Assembly: GCA_054661495.1 (NCBI GenBank)
Contig: BAAFSQ010000060.1
Span: 1-32,000, forward strand
DNA: 32,000 nt
Reading direction: 5' to 3'
Source: Zygophlyctis sp. KS116
Lineage: Eukaryota > Fungi > Chytridiomycota
The translations under genes were made by a program, and so were the position numbers. This document shows, piece by piece, positions 1 to 12,507 of this stretch; within the stretch, counting starts at the first letter, position 1, and each line of letters starts with the position of its first letter. The notes under the pieces are model-generated. The model was not told the DNA's origin. It saw nothing but the letters and a program-made list of their open reading frames with translations, and did no database searches.

Positions 1-91
1 AGAGACCATCGGCATTCAATATAATGTCTCGGAATTTAAATTTATTAAATAAATATAATTTTCCGTTGTTAAAAAAATTAAATAGCAAATC

Positions 92-1569
92 ATGAGTTTA
101 TCGAGGAATGTAATAACTGCAGGAATGAGTTCGCTGTCTAGAAAGAAAAAGCTATTATGGAAAATCCTTATCAGAACATCCGTTATAGTCGCATTGTTTC
201 AACTAACCTACCTACTTTTCGGATTTAAAAGGAATGCATTGAAAACCCAGACATGGGAAGGAACTATTCGTACCGGGAAGGCGCTAGCAGCACTACCAAC
301 CAAAAACGATACTCGCCTGCTAGCATTAAAAATACAACAACATCAAAAGATATTTAACACACTATACGGAGATGAATCGCTAATAGTAGATAAAGCTACA
401 AAGGATAAACTGATGGATACGCTTAATACTCTGGAAACTATTTATCCCATAAACAAGGACAAATTCGGCTCAATTTGGAATCTATATTCCACATTTAAAG
501 GAAGAGGAATAGTCATGACTACAGGGAAATATCATTTCAAGTAATTCATTATAAATCAATTTTTTAGATATGCGTTACACACTATAAACGTCTTGCAGAG
601 GCTGGATTGTAAATTACCAATTGAAATATTTTATAATGGCGAAGAAGATCTGACTCCAAAAATGATCAATACTTTGAAGAACAAGAATGGTGTTAAATTG
701 ATTGATGCAAAGACATTTGTTCTTACTTCAAAAGAAAATTCTATAGGAGGTTGGGCGATTAAGCCATTTGCTATGCTCATGTCTAGTTTTCAGGAATTTG
801 TTTTTCTTGATGCAGATGTTTTATTTTTTCAAAATCCAGAAAAAATGTTTGACTTTCAGTCATATCGTGAAACTGGTACGCTTTACTTTAGAGATCGCAC
901 AATTGGGGGTGGAAACGATGATCATGCCACACTCGATTATTTGTTGGTAATGGCCAAGAAAATATCTAAATACGGCCAAACTCAAAGAATTTGGAAGCGA
1001 TTATCTGCACACGAAGGGGAATCTGGGGTTATCGTGATGGACAAAAAGAAAGGTGGTCTTTTTGTTCTACTTTTGGCGACATTATTGAATATGGACCCTT
1101 TTCAACAAGATATGTATGAAGTAATTCATGGAGATAAGGAGTCATACTGGATGTCAAATGAAGCGTTAGATGTACCATATAGATGGGGTCCTGGAGCGGG
1201 TGGTACAGTCGGATATCCTAATCCAAATAATACGGATTCAATTTGCGGACAGCTTTTTCATGTTGATGAAAACTGGAAACCATTATGGCTAAATGGAGGA
1301 GTTGTCATGAATAAGCACTCTGACTATGGTAAAAATACACTGATGCCAATCACTCATTTCGCAGTTGATAGTTCATTTAAAGATATTGATTGGTAAGAAC
1401 AGTCTGATCGTAATGATCTAGGGAATGGGAAACTGATGCTCATCCGTTTTGCTTAAAGCCGTCAGATTCTGTAAAAGAAAGCGGTGAGCTTTCTAAAGAG
1501 TTTCTTGGCATAGGACAGATGATGGTCCATGAGTGGCTTTTGCTTGATTTGCCTGATATTGATCAATAA
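92..1569 (+). CDS. Alpha-mannosyltransferase, GT71 (MNN1/MNN2-like), type II membrane protein; introns 541-567 and 1393-1421
   Basis: N-terminal TM segment, GRGIV, LPIEIFY, KPFAML.SSFQE, DxD motif (FLDADVLF), ESGVIV.DK, GDKESYW. Removing the two GT-AG introns gives one frame ending ...WEWETDAHPFCL...DIDQ* at 1567-1569. Confidence 0.85.
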
Positions 1570-1946
1570 ATTAAAATAATAGATTTAATTTATGATTCAG
1601 ATATAGAAAATCAGCATCGATGCGTTAATTTACAATGTCGTTCAATCGTTCGTCTTAACGAAGTATGATTAGGCTGACACATTTTGCAATAGATCGTTCA
1701 TTTATCAATCTTCGTTGGTAATCATAGATGCAGTAATATATGTAGGCAATGGGAAGGAGATAGATATTTATTCTGAAATTTCGTGAAATAAGTTCCATTA
1801 TAAACCCTAACTAACAGCTAACATGTTAGCTAACAGCCGGTAACAGTTAGTTAGTGTGTAGTAAAATTTACTAACATCATTTTACGTACACTAATTATGG
1901 CCGGGTAATGGATTTCATTGATTAAAGAATTAGAAATTAAATATTA

Positions 1947-3540
1947 TTAATTATTTTCAGACATTTTGATTCCATGTATGAATGCATCCGATACATCTTC
2001 TTCATCCAAATGAACATTTGGAGTAAATGATTTCCACTTTCTTTTTGTTAAATAGAGATAGATATATTCCATAAAAATGAAAAATACAGTTCCAAATGCA
2101 GAAGATATAAATGCAATTAAAAAGACTTGCCACCTGTATGTTTCCCAAAAGCAATAATATATTCCGTTTAGAAATGACCCGGTACTTGTCCAGCCAAAAA
2201 CCATAATTGAGGAAAGAGAAAATATGCAACTAAATACTGCTGTACCTTGATGTATGTATTTATCCAAAATTGGGAAAATCCCAAGGATAACAGGCAGAAA
2301 TGAAGTTATTGTCAATAGACAAGAAATTAAAAATAGTGAGTTCACGTCATACCCTTGAAGTCCAATTATAACTATTGGAATGTTCATCAGGATAGTAATG
2401 ATGCGTGCAGCTGTGATAGAAATATCTATTCCAACCGAAATGGCAAGTGATGAAAAACAGTCAGTCAAAGCATTCTGTAAAGAGTCTACTAACGACTCAT
2501 TCATCGCAACTGCCAACAGCGTTGTAACAATGAGCATGAATTCTTGAAGATTTCCACTTGAATTTGCTATAATTTCAAAGAATGCAAAATTTGGATCACT
2601 GACATAGCCAGCCCAACTAGCCAAAAACCCTCCCGTACCAAAAACAAGAATGACAGTGACAATCATACCAAAAGCACCGGCAGCCCCTTTCTTGAGAGCT
2701 GCTTCATCTTCAGAAGACCAAACTCTTTGCCAATATGCATCATTAAATACACTTACTGCAGGAAATGATAATCCTAATGTAATTAAAGATCCCCATCCTG
2801 CCTCATTCACTGCTAAATAATCAGGTAACTCGGGTAATTCTGATGGCCTAAATCCGTAAAAAATGTACAATACGGATATTGCACTTAAAATTAATGAGAA
2901 TTTGGCTTGCCACTGATCAGTCACAATTGAGACATAAACTCCTCCTACAGATGTATAAACCATTGTAATCTAAAAGATTAAAAAAATTAAAAATACACAA
3001 AAAACTAGTGCTATAGGCACTTTTCGATCAATACCATAAAAATGCTCAAATAGCCCACCGATTGTAGTATATTCGACTGATAATGTTAATCCCACATTAA
3101 AAATAACTAGAAGAGTTGTATAAAGTTCATAAGCCCTTCCATATCTCCAGTAAACAAAATCACCAATCGATAACGCCTTGGGATGTCTGATTCTAATGGA
3201 TGATCCAAGATAAGCAATTAACAATATCGGATATCCGCAACTAAATGCATAAACCAAAAGTCCGATCCATCCTGCTCCCCCTTGAGGGCTCACAACGAAT
3301 GCACTTGGGGCGAACAAGACCCTATTATGAGCTATACAAATCTTACCATGCTCCTACAGTCGATGAGTAGAATGACCAAGCAATGTTTGATGCAGTCTGA
3401 GAATTTCTTGCTGTCAAGAAAAATTCAGTGTCCTGATCAGCCAACTGTTTGATCTTTGATGAATAACTCAATGCAACACCTCCAAAGATCAGCATTAGTA
3501 TGATACTCAACGATTGAGCTATAATCGCAATTTGAAGCAT
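1947..3540 (-). CDS. Sodium:solute symporter family transporter (DUR3/DUR31-like urea/polyamine type), copy A; introns 3322-3346 and 2970-2996
   Basis: FLTARNS, WSFYSS..GAW, FVYWRYG, YTSVGGVYVSIVTD, YWQRVWS and many TM helices. The introns join ORFs 3343-3540, 2970-3317 and 1947-2963 in frame. Confidence 0.82.
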
Positions 3541-3599
3541 CAGTAAAAAATTAAAACCTTGACCTGAAAAATACTAGTATTATAACGTATAAATTAAAA

Positions 3600-5145
3600 T
3601 TAATCATCATCCGAAACAATATTTGATGTCTGATATGAATTATATGAATGATATGGCAAAATTTGACGTTGAACTTTAACTTCAGTCGAACTCGGTCCAT
3701 CTGCACATGAGTAGAGACTCATTTCAATTAAAACACTTAGTCCCACCCCAACAAGTGAAGATATAAGAGCAATTACAAATGGCTCCCAAGAGTAATCATC
3801 AAACAATACTCTGAATATCCCATTTGCGAATTCACCAGTTGTAACATATCCAAATAAAAAAACAGAAAACAAAGAAAATGCACAGCCCAATAATACAGAT
3901 GAACCAGTGATATAATCTTCAAACTGAGGCACTAATCCTAACAGAACAGGGAGTACTGATGTTATTGTAAGAATATTTGCAATCAAAATGAGTTCAGTGA
4001 TTTCCAATTCAAGGAGTCCAAGCAGCATTAAAGGAATATGCAAAAAAATAGAAATAATTCGGGTTGAAACAAGAGACTCTTTGAATCCAAATGAAGAGCA
4101 TAGTGATATGAATGATCCTGTTAATGAGTGTTGAAAAGAGCTAATTAATCCTTGACTTATGGAAACACCTAAAAGCATTACACAAATCTGAATGCTTTCT
4201 GGAGCGTAACGAAAGATTTCAACAAAACAAACTCTTCGATCAGGAACTAAGCCTTTTGCGAAGCCTAAATAACCAATTGCACCAATGGTAAAAATAATAA
4301 CCAGAGTCAATATTGTACTCACCCATGCGCCCACTCTGAGATCTTGCCTGCTTTTTGCTGCAAATGCTCTTTGCCAAATCCCATCAGTAAAAACAAATAA
4401 AGAATGATAAGAAACCAGCATTACAATAATCGTTGAAACTGCATGATGTGTGACGTTGATTGGTTCTAATGGTTTAGATTGAGACTCTATAGCAAAATAT
4501 GCATATATTGTAATAATTAACAGCATAGCAATACTTAGCATCATCTGAAACTGATTGATTATTATTGAAACGTATAGACCTCCACTTGTTGAGACCAAAA
4601 GAGTACTAAGGCCTATGCACAAAACAGCAAAAACACTGCTGGAATCAAAAAAGTCAAACAACTTTCCTAATGCAGTATACTCAGCTACTAGTCCGATTCC
4701 TAACTTTTAGCCCCTATTAAGTACCTGTTATAAAAATGGTGACAAAGTAAATGTAACATGCAGCGGCCTCTCCAAACCTTGATCCAACAAATTCCGTTAG
4801 AGATTTGACTAGAGGATATTTAGTTTTCATGATATCTGCAAGATAAGCGATCAATAAAATAGGATAAGATGCAGCTAAGGCATAGAAAATGAGAATAATC
4901 AATCCTGAAGAACCATTGTCGGGATCACCGGCCATTTTGGATGGAAGGAAAAGAATCCATGATCCAATAGATGTTGTTAAGAAGGCAAATGCAATGCTCC
5001 ACCATGGCAGTGAGTTTCTGGCAGTCCAGAACCAGTCCACAGAGCCAGATAATCTATTGTATGATTGAAGTCTGGACAGATAAACTCCTAATATTCCAAA
5101 AAGAAAAGCAACAAAGATGCTGATTGCATTTGCAGCTACAGTCAT
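3600..5145 (-). CDS. Sodium:solute symporter family transporter, copy B; intron 4700-4724
   Basis: FWTARNS, GSW.LF.PS, V..RFG, LVAEYTA.G, GGLYVSI, WQRAFAA. The 25-nt GT-AG intron restores the frame. Confidence 0.8.
3697..4050. repeat. Near-identical segment shared by SSS copies B and C (second copy about 5366-5719)
   Basis: Direct comparison shows a colinear match at a constant offset of 1669 nt with only scattered substitutions. Confidence 0.9.
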
Positions 5146-5277
5146 TAGTTATTGGATTAAAATTTGAATTGCTCAGGAGAAAATCGCAGATCTTTCAAAT
5201 TTGACTGCAGATTTTGATCAGTCACTTTAAGTTTATAATGAATTATGTCATGCAACCTTATATGTATTCTACTAATT

Positions 5278-6817
5278 CTACCTGGTTACGTAGGACATAT
5301 CCATGTATTGGTATGAATGATGAGGTAAAATATCACGCTTCCCTTTAAGTTCAGTCGTGCTCAGTCCATCTGCACATGAGTAAAGACTCATTTCGATTAA
5401 AACACATAGTCCAACCCCAACAAGTGAAGACAGAAGAGCAATTACAAATGGCTCCCAAGAGTAATCATCAAACAATACACTGAATATCCCATTTGCAAAT
5501 CCACCAGTCGTAACATATCCAAATAAAAAAACAGAAAACAATGAAAATGCACAGCCCAATAATACAGATGAACCAGTGATATAATCTTCAAACTGAGGCA
5601 CTAATCCTAATAGAACAGGGAGTACTGATGTTATTGTAAGAATATTGGCAATTAAATAGATTTCAGTGATTTCCAATTCAAGGAGTCCAATCAACATTAG
5701 AGGAATATGCAAAAAAACAGAAATGACTCTGGTAGAAACTAGAGATTCTTTATTGCCTAGAGAAGTGTAAAAAGACACGGCCACTCCAGTCAATGAATGC
5801 TGCAGAGAACTTATTAGTCCTTGACTAATGAAAGCACCTAGTATCATTAGACATATACGAGACCATTGCGGAGAATCTAAAAATATTCCAATAAAAGAAA
5901 TATTCGGATCATGCACAATTCCATTTGAATAACCTATACAGCCCATTGCACCAATACTAAAAATAATAATCACTGCCAATATTGTCCCAAAGATGGACCC
6001 TACTTGAAGTGCATGTCTACTTTCAGCAGCAAATACTCTTTGCCACATAGCTTCAGTGAATACAAATAAAGATTGATAAGATACAAGCATTGCAATGATT
6101 TTTGAAAATCCAAGGGAAGTTAAGTTGAAGTGATCAGATGTTTTAGTACTCATTTTAAGGTCTGAAATCGATCCAACATATACACAAAGAATAATAATTA
6201 AGATGAGATTAATAATTGTCCTATACTTATTTAGAAATAATGAAATTGATAGTCCACCGATTGTAATATATGCAAGAGTAATGCAACCGATACCAAATAA
6301 AGGAACCGCACGAGAAGTATTAAAAAAATAAAAGAGCTTCCCTATCGCAGTATATTCAGCTACCAATACAATTGCTAAAGTTAACAAGAAAAATCTTACC
6401 ATTACTTATAAAACATACGCATGCTATATAGTTGGCCGCAACATTTCCAAACCTTTGAACCGCATAATCTGTCAATGATCTTACTGTTGGATATCGTTTT
6501 ACCATAAGTCCTCCAATAAATCCAATCATTAATATCGGATAAGATGCACCGATAGCGTACATCATCAGAATGATTGGCGCAGATCCTAGATCAGAATCGT
6601 TAGCATACTTTGATGGAAGGAAAAAAATCCATGATCCAGTTGAAGCAGATACAAATGCAAATGCCATGCTCCACCAAGACTGAGAATTTCTTGCAGTCAA
6701 GAACCAATCAAGTGAATATGGTGATCTATTACAAGATTGAAGTGTGGACAAATATATCCCTAATGCTCCAAATAGTATTACACCCATGATGCTGATCACA
6801 ATATCCGCTTCGATCAT
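5278..6817 (-). CDS. Sodium:solute symporter family transporter, copy C; intron 6375-6399
   Basis: Paralog of copy B, with the same motifs, the same intron position and a near-identical 3' segment. Confidence 0.8.
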
Positions 6818-6913
6818 CTTTGCTCAGTAGTATGCAAATTATAAACACGTTTTTAGTTCTTTCGGCACGATTAAGCGCTCAAATTTAGTGCTATGAAATC
6901 ATCAAAGTATATT

Positions 6914-8611
6914 CTATTTAAAATCTGGCAGTATGGTAGATTCTGAAATATTGGATCCCAAGTCTCTCTCTGGAATCGAAGTAGAATAATTAGAGTCGGA
7001 TTTTTTATGCTGGGGCTTCCAAGTCGATTGAATGCAAAAGAAGGGTCTGAGATATTTCTGGTCAACCTTTACCAGCCAATTGGTAATTTCGCGCTCTCCA
7101 CGCAAGGTATTTAAAGTCTTGCGACTAAATAATGGATCATCATCTGCATGATCTGTAGATGAAGAAATTGAGAATCTTTTCTCTTGATCTGCTTCCAAGT
7201 CTGAACTTTCAGAGTCTGAAGAGAAATCAAAATCCCCAGTAGTTGATTTCCGCCTTGTATTCTTTTCAGATAAAGGAATATTCAAGTAATTTAGCATGAA
7301 TCTTGTAGTTCCTCCCAATAGAACTATGGTAAATACACATACAACAAGGGTCGTAGTTCTAATAGGCATGGAAGAAGGTCCTTTAACTTCAACACTTAGA
7401 GCAAAAGCAATAGCTCCTCGTAGACCAGCCCACCAGAGCATTATTTGATGATTTTTTGGAATATTTTCATGGGTATCACCATTTATTTTGGTAGATAAGA
7501 AATTTAGAAATTTTGCTAGTGGTACAGTTGATGCATACCGTGCTACTAATACAAAAATCTATAATTAATTCTTTTTAAAATTACAAGAGTAAAAAAGCAA
7601 AGTCCAAAATAGTACTTTCCATCAATAGCAAACAAGTTGATTCCTAGATAAATGAATACAAAGTTTTCTCCTAGTTGAGACAATACTCTAAACATATATT
7701 TAGTAGTTCTTTTTGTTTTTAGTGACATGTTTGGATAGCAATAATGCTTTAAAGTCATTCCACAAAATAGTAAAGAAACGATTCCTGAAATTTGAAAAGC
7801 ATTTGAAAACAAGTACGAAAAATAAGCCATTACAGAAATCAAACAAGATTCTAATGAAGGAAATAATCGTAATTGCAAATGTTTTAGCATTAATGATGCA
7901 ATTAATGCAATTACTATTCCTACAACCACTAAAACTATCAATCTAAAGATTTACCTGAACTTAGGAACATGACAAAGAAATGAGCTATCCCATAAATTAC
8001 AGATGTAATGGAGATTCCACTCATTGTCTGTAATGATTGAAACAAGACTATTGCAACTGAATCATTTAAAATTGATTCACCAAAAATAATTGCATATAAT
8101 TTCTCGTCAACTCCAGCCTGATTAAAAATAGAGAGAACCGTTACGGGATCTAAAGTTTAGAAAATTAATTACCTGTTGAGGATAAAATCGCACCAAATGT
8201 TAAGCATTCCAAGTACGTCATTGATAGTCCATGCATCCCGGTTAACGCGATTACGTAAACTAGATTACCAATGACAAATGTTGAAATAAAAGTCCCAAGA
8301 AATGCAAACGTAAGAATTGGTCCGATATTCTTAAAAAACTGATTCGTGTTCAAGTCATATCCGCAATTTAGGATGATTGGAGGTAGAATGAGATAGAAAA
8401 AGTAATTATCATCAAACTTTAGGATTTGCTTTACTTGTTCGAAATTTGATACAAACGCACCAATCACCGCACCAAGGATTATTGATACTACGGATTCATG
8501 AATGACTTGAATATTTTTCAGTTGTAAGAAATATGAAATCAGTAATATGATGAGCAATAATGATGTTTGGACAAGTATCGCAAAGGATGCAACATTGTTT
8601 GCGTCTTCCAT
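6914..8611 (-). CDS. NHX1: Endosomal/vacuolar Na+(K+)/H+ exchanger, CPA1 family; introns 8150-8172, 7929-7954, 7559-7584
   Basis: [17 protein letters not shown]...[11 protein letters not shown], spliced [36 protein letters not shown]. Confidence 0.92.
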
Positions 8612-8619
8612 TCTGCCAC

Positions 8620-8650
8620 TTTCGCGTTCGCGTCACGCAAGTTTCGCGTC
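8620..8650 (-). promoter_or_regulatory. Cluster of three ACGCGAA(A) elements (SCB/MCB/E2F-like) just upstream of the NHX1 ATG
   Basis: Plus strand TTTCGCGT (8620), TTCGCGTC (8627) and TTTCGCGTC (8642) in a 56-nt intergenic gap of a CpG-poor sequence. Confidence 0.4.
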
Positions 8651-8667
8651 TCACAAAAACTAGAATT

Positions 8668-10811
8668 TTATTCTAAATAGCTACATTCCTCTAGGAATTC
8701 AGATCCTAAAAGTCCAGCTTCTAAAAAGGAATCGATAGCATCCTGAATTTTTCTAAAGAAATTCTGAGGTCCCAATAATGAATAAATCCCAGAATGACGA
8801 AACATTGGTTTGCAAGTTTCACGTAATTTTACAAAACATACAGAGATTCCTCTATCGATGTAGGACTGTACAACTTCCAACATAATCTGAGTTGCACTAA
8901 TTTTAAAATATATATAAATTACGTAGCATCAATATCCGTTACAGCAGCCATATCAAAAATTATTACTTTTAGTTCTTTATGTCCCAAATCTTCTGAAATT
9001 ACTATTGGCTCTTCCCCAGGATGAATTGACAAATCTCCAAAAACTTCAATTCGTTTTAAACGTTCCTTTAATTGACCAGAATTGCCAAAAAATAAACCTT
9101 CTTCTATACGTATGATTAAAAGAGAATCTAGAGGCTCGACAGATGGTCCTTCTTGAATTGATCTATACTTTGCTTTAAAAGATCCAGTTGCAGGATTTAT
9201 AACCAGGGTCTGTCCCAGTATTGCTAATCTAGTCTTGGTTGTATGTTGAACAACTAAAAGTAGTGAAATTCCAACACTGATGAGAGTTCCTGATTCAATT
9301 GAAATAAAAACAGTTGAGAGAAACGTTAAACATAAAAGTCCTAAATCTGTCCACGCACAAAGTCGAACAATAAACCATACATCATGTAATTCGACCAAAT
9401 TTGCTGCAGCAGCTACAATGATACTAGAACAAACAGATTTTGGAAGAAATTCAAAGAGTGGTAAAAACCAAAGAGACACAATAAACACAATCAAACCAGT
9501 AATTCCACCAGCTAATTGTGATTTAGCACCAGAAGCATCATTTACAGCTGAACGACCTAATGACCCAAAAGCAGGATATCCTCCAAAAAAAGAAGAAATT
9601 ATATTTGCAGTCCCGATAGCTACCAGTTCTCTATTTGGTGAAACTGGATAATTATATTTTGAAGAAAATATTTTAGCAGCTGCAATAGATTCTACAAACC
9701 CAATTACCGAAATTAAAATTGAAGATAGAGTCAGAAACTTGATTGAATCCATACTTATTGGCGGCATACGAGGATAAATATAAGAAAACGATGGATTCAC
9801 CTTGTTTATAATATCAACACCTTGTAAATCCCATCTAAACATCCAACATAGAATTGTAGAAACCAATACTAAAACCAGTATATCAGGAAAGAATGAGATC
9901 CGAGACTTATTCTTAAATTTTGATTTTACCATCTTAAAACCAAAAAGATAGGTTATTGAGAAAATTGAGATTAGAATGGTTAAGAAATGACATTCCCCCA
10001 GTCTATGTAAAGTATTTAAAAGCTTTGAAACAGGAGATTCACCATCTCCTGCATTAGAAGCATTTGGAATCCCTAATAACGTATCTGCCATATCAATCAT
10101 TACAACACACGCAACAGCGAGTACAAAACCTCTTAAAAGAGCTCTTGAAAGTACGGAATCCAAAAATCCAAGTCTAAAAAACCCAAGAAGAAATGTAAAT
10201 ACACCAACCATTAAACACATTAGAGTAGCGATCCCAATTCTTTCTGAAATATCCACTTGCACTAAATCAGATTTATTCTTCCAAGCAAACCATTCCTTGA
10301 GTGATGCACCTACTAATATAGAAACTAAAGCTTCCGGACCCATTGCCAAATGCTTTGATGTACCGAGTAAAGTATATAATATTAACGGAATCAGAGCCGT
10401 GTACAGTCCATGGATCGGCGGAATTCTAACCAGCGCCTGTGCATACGATAATCCCTAAAACTCTTGAGTTATATTTCGTACCTGTGGAATAATTAAGAAT
10501 GCTACTGAACAACCGGCAATCACATCTTGTTTAAAGTCAGAATGAAACTTGTACTTTGGAGCCCATGATAGAACTGGAATATAATATCTTGTCCGAATCA
10601 GAAAATATTTCTTTATAGAATCCCATTTATAGCTATAATTGGCATCTAAATCATTTGAATCAGGCTTAAATTGACCAATCAATGGAGAGCTTTCAGAATT
10701 TCCTTCTAAACGACTGTACGGAGACTCTATTAGACCAAATACATTTGAATGATTGGAATGTTGGGGAGATGAAGGCTCAGAATCAATAATTGTCTGCGGG
10801 GCTTGAGACAT
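8668..10811 (-). CDS. SLC26/SulP sulfate/anion transporter with STAS domain; introns 10455-10481 and 8897-8922
   Basis: D.IAG.SVA...IPQ|GLSYA, GPEA, G..RLGFLD..LS, NRELVAIG.AN, FGSLGRS, STAS motif IIFDMAAVTDIDAT. Confidence 0.92.
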
Positions 10812-10815
10812 TTTT

Positions 10816-11337
10816 ATGATCAAAATTCTGCCAATCTATAATTTCTTGTCTAGAATTCCATTGGGAAAATGGATATTTTCATGTTTGGTATCTCTCTTTA
10901 GTCCATATACCGGTAAGAATTTATTATAAATTTTAGGATCTATTGGTTTTTATGTAAAGGAATTATCTTCAAATTCATGTTGTCTCTCAATGCGTGATTC
11001 TTACTGGGTTAGAAATCCATTCAAATCTATTCATGCTGCTGCATTAATTAATTTAGGAGAAGCTTGTACTGGTCTTGCAATGTTATCATGGATAGAATCA
11101 AAAAATAATTCTTACAAGGGTATAGTTACAAAGATTGAAGCTACATATTTCAAAAAGGCCCGTGGGACTATTAGAGCTGATACAAATTTACTAAATTTAC
11201 AAAATATTGTAAGGGATGGAAATGATGATTTTGATATTCCAGTTAAAGCATTATTAACAGATTCAACAGATACTGTAGTTGGCAATGTAATTGTATATTG
11301 GACTCTAAGATGTGTTAAATCAGTAAAGGCTGATTAA
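10816..11337 (+). CDS. Hotdog-fold thioesterase (DUF4442/PaaI-like); intron 10913-10936
   Basis: Spliced MIKILPIYNFLSRIPLGKWIFS...SPYTGSI..., NPFKSIHAAALINLGE, Y.KKARG. Exon 1 is missing from the ORF track. Confidence 0.85.
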
Positions 11338-11362
11338 CTTTTCACGCGAAATTGGCCGTAAC

Positions 11363-12484
11363 ATGTCTAGAAGAAAGTCTTTAGCCGCAGTTTTTAGTTT
11401 TTCTGATAAACAAAAAGAGTCCGAGTCTAGACATAATTCTTTAGATGGGAGCAGTATAAGTCCAACTAAAAGAGATAAACCATTCTTTGGGTCAATTAGT
11501 CTTGGCAGCGTATTAAAGTCGACTGATAAGCCAAACTTGATTTCTGCAAGTCCCGGTCTTAGCATTAGTCATGCGTTGGATATGATGAAGGCAAACAAGA
11601 TTTTTAGTTTGCCGTTAAAGTCTAGATCAATGCCTGGTAATTATTGGAGTTTAATACTTTAAGGGAAATTCATTGGAATTGTTTCTGCTCAGGATTTGTT
11701 GCATTACATCTTAAAAAAATGTAATCATACTCTAGATGAACAAATGGCAAAGGCTTTATTTGACGATTCAATTGAAAATATCTTATCATTGGATTCGGAA
11801 GATGAATCTTATCGGATTTGGGAAAGAGATTATAGAGATACGATTGAAACTGTAATATTTTTAAAATTTAAATGATATAGACTGGAATAGCATTTGCTAA
11901 AGGATATCATCGTGCATTGATAACAGATGCTTTAGGAAAGTATTCAACAGTGATTTTAACACAAACGGATTTGATTTTACACGCTCTGTCAGTTGCAGAA
12001 ACACATCGGTTTTCTATAGATTTAGAGTCTACTATTGCTGCATCAATGTCATATTGTATAAGGGATGTTGTTACAATGACTAAATTAGAGTCTGCTTTAA
12101 CGGGATTCTTAAGATTAAAAGAGAAAAATATTCCTTCTATGCCTATAGTTGATAAGGATCGGTTGATTGGGACATTGTCTAAATCAGATTTAATTGGATT
12201 AGATAAAGAGTCATTTATGAAACTTTCAAGTCCAGTTTTACATTATCTACATGTAAGTTTTACAAGATTAATAGTTTTAGCACTCTGCCAGTTCTCAAGT
12301 GATTTGTATTCCTAGTGATTCAATTAAAAATGTAATGGAAAGAATGATTGAAAGTCGTGTTCATAGAGTATGGATAGTTGCTTCTGAAGATTCAGAAATA
12401 GTTATTGGAGTTGTGTCTCAAAGTGATATTTTAGGTGAAATACTTGGTGTAAGCCGTACCTTTGGACTTAGTGTGGAAGATTAA
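11363..12484 (+). CDS. Multi-CBS-domain protein (SDS23/SNF4-like); introns 11637-11663, 11852-11880, 12253-12280
   Basis: CBS repeats: IFSLP...FIGIVS..DL, YHRALI...LTQTDLI, IPSMPIVD...IGTLSKSDL, VHRVWIV...IGVVSQSDIL. Confidence 0.8.
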
Positions 12485-12507
12485 AGTTTACAAGAATATC
12501 AATTTAT

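Noticed and set aside
1801-1810. Telomere or interstitial telomeric array
   Set aside because: Only about one repeat unit is present, which is not an array.
9280-9651. Antisense or alternate-frame ORFs (also 768-950, 2002-2229, 7713-7946, 11320-11565, 15538-15774, 21236-21478, 23838-24023, 24935-25204, 30768-31028 and similar)
   Set aside because: They are shadows of well-supported genes and have no motifs of their own.
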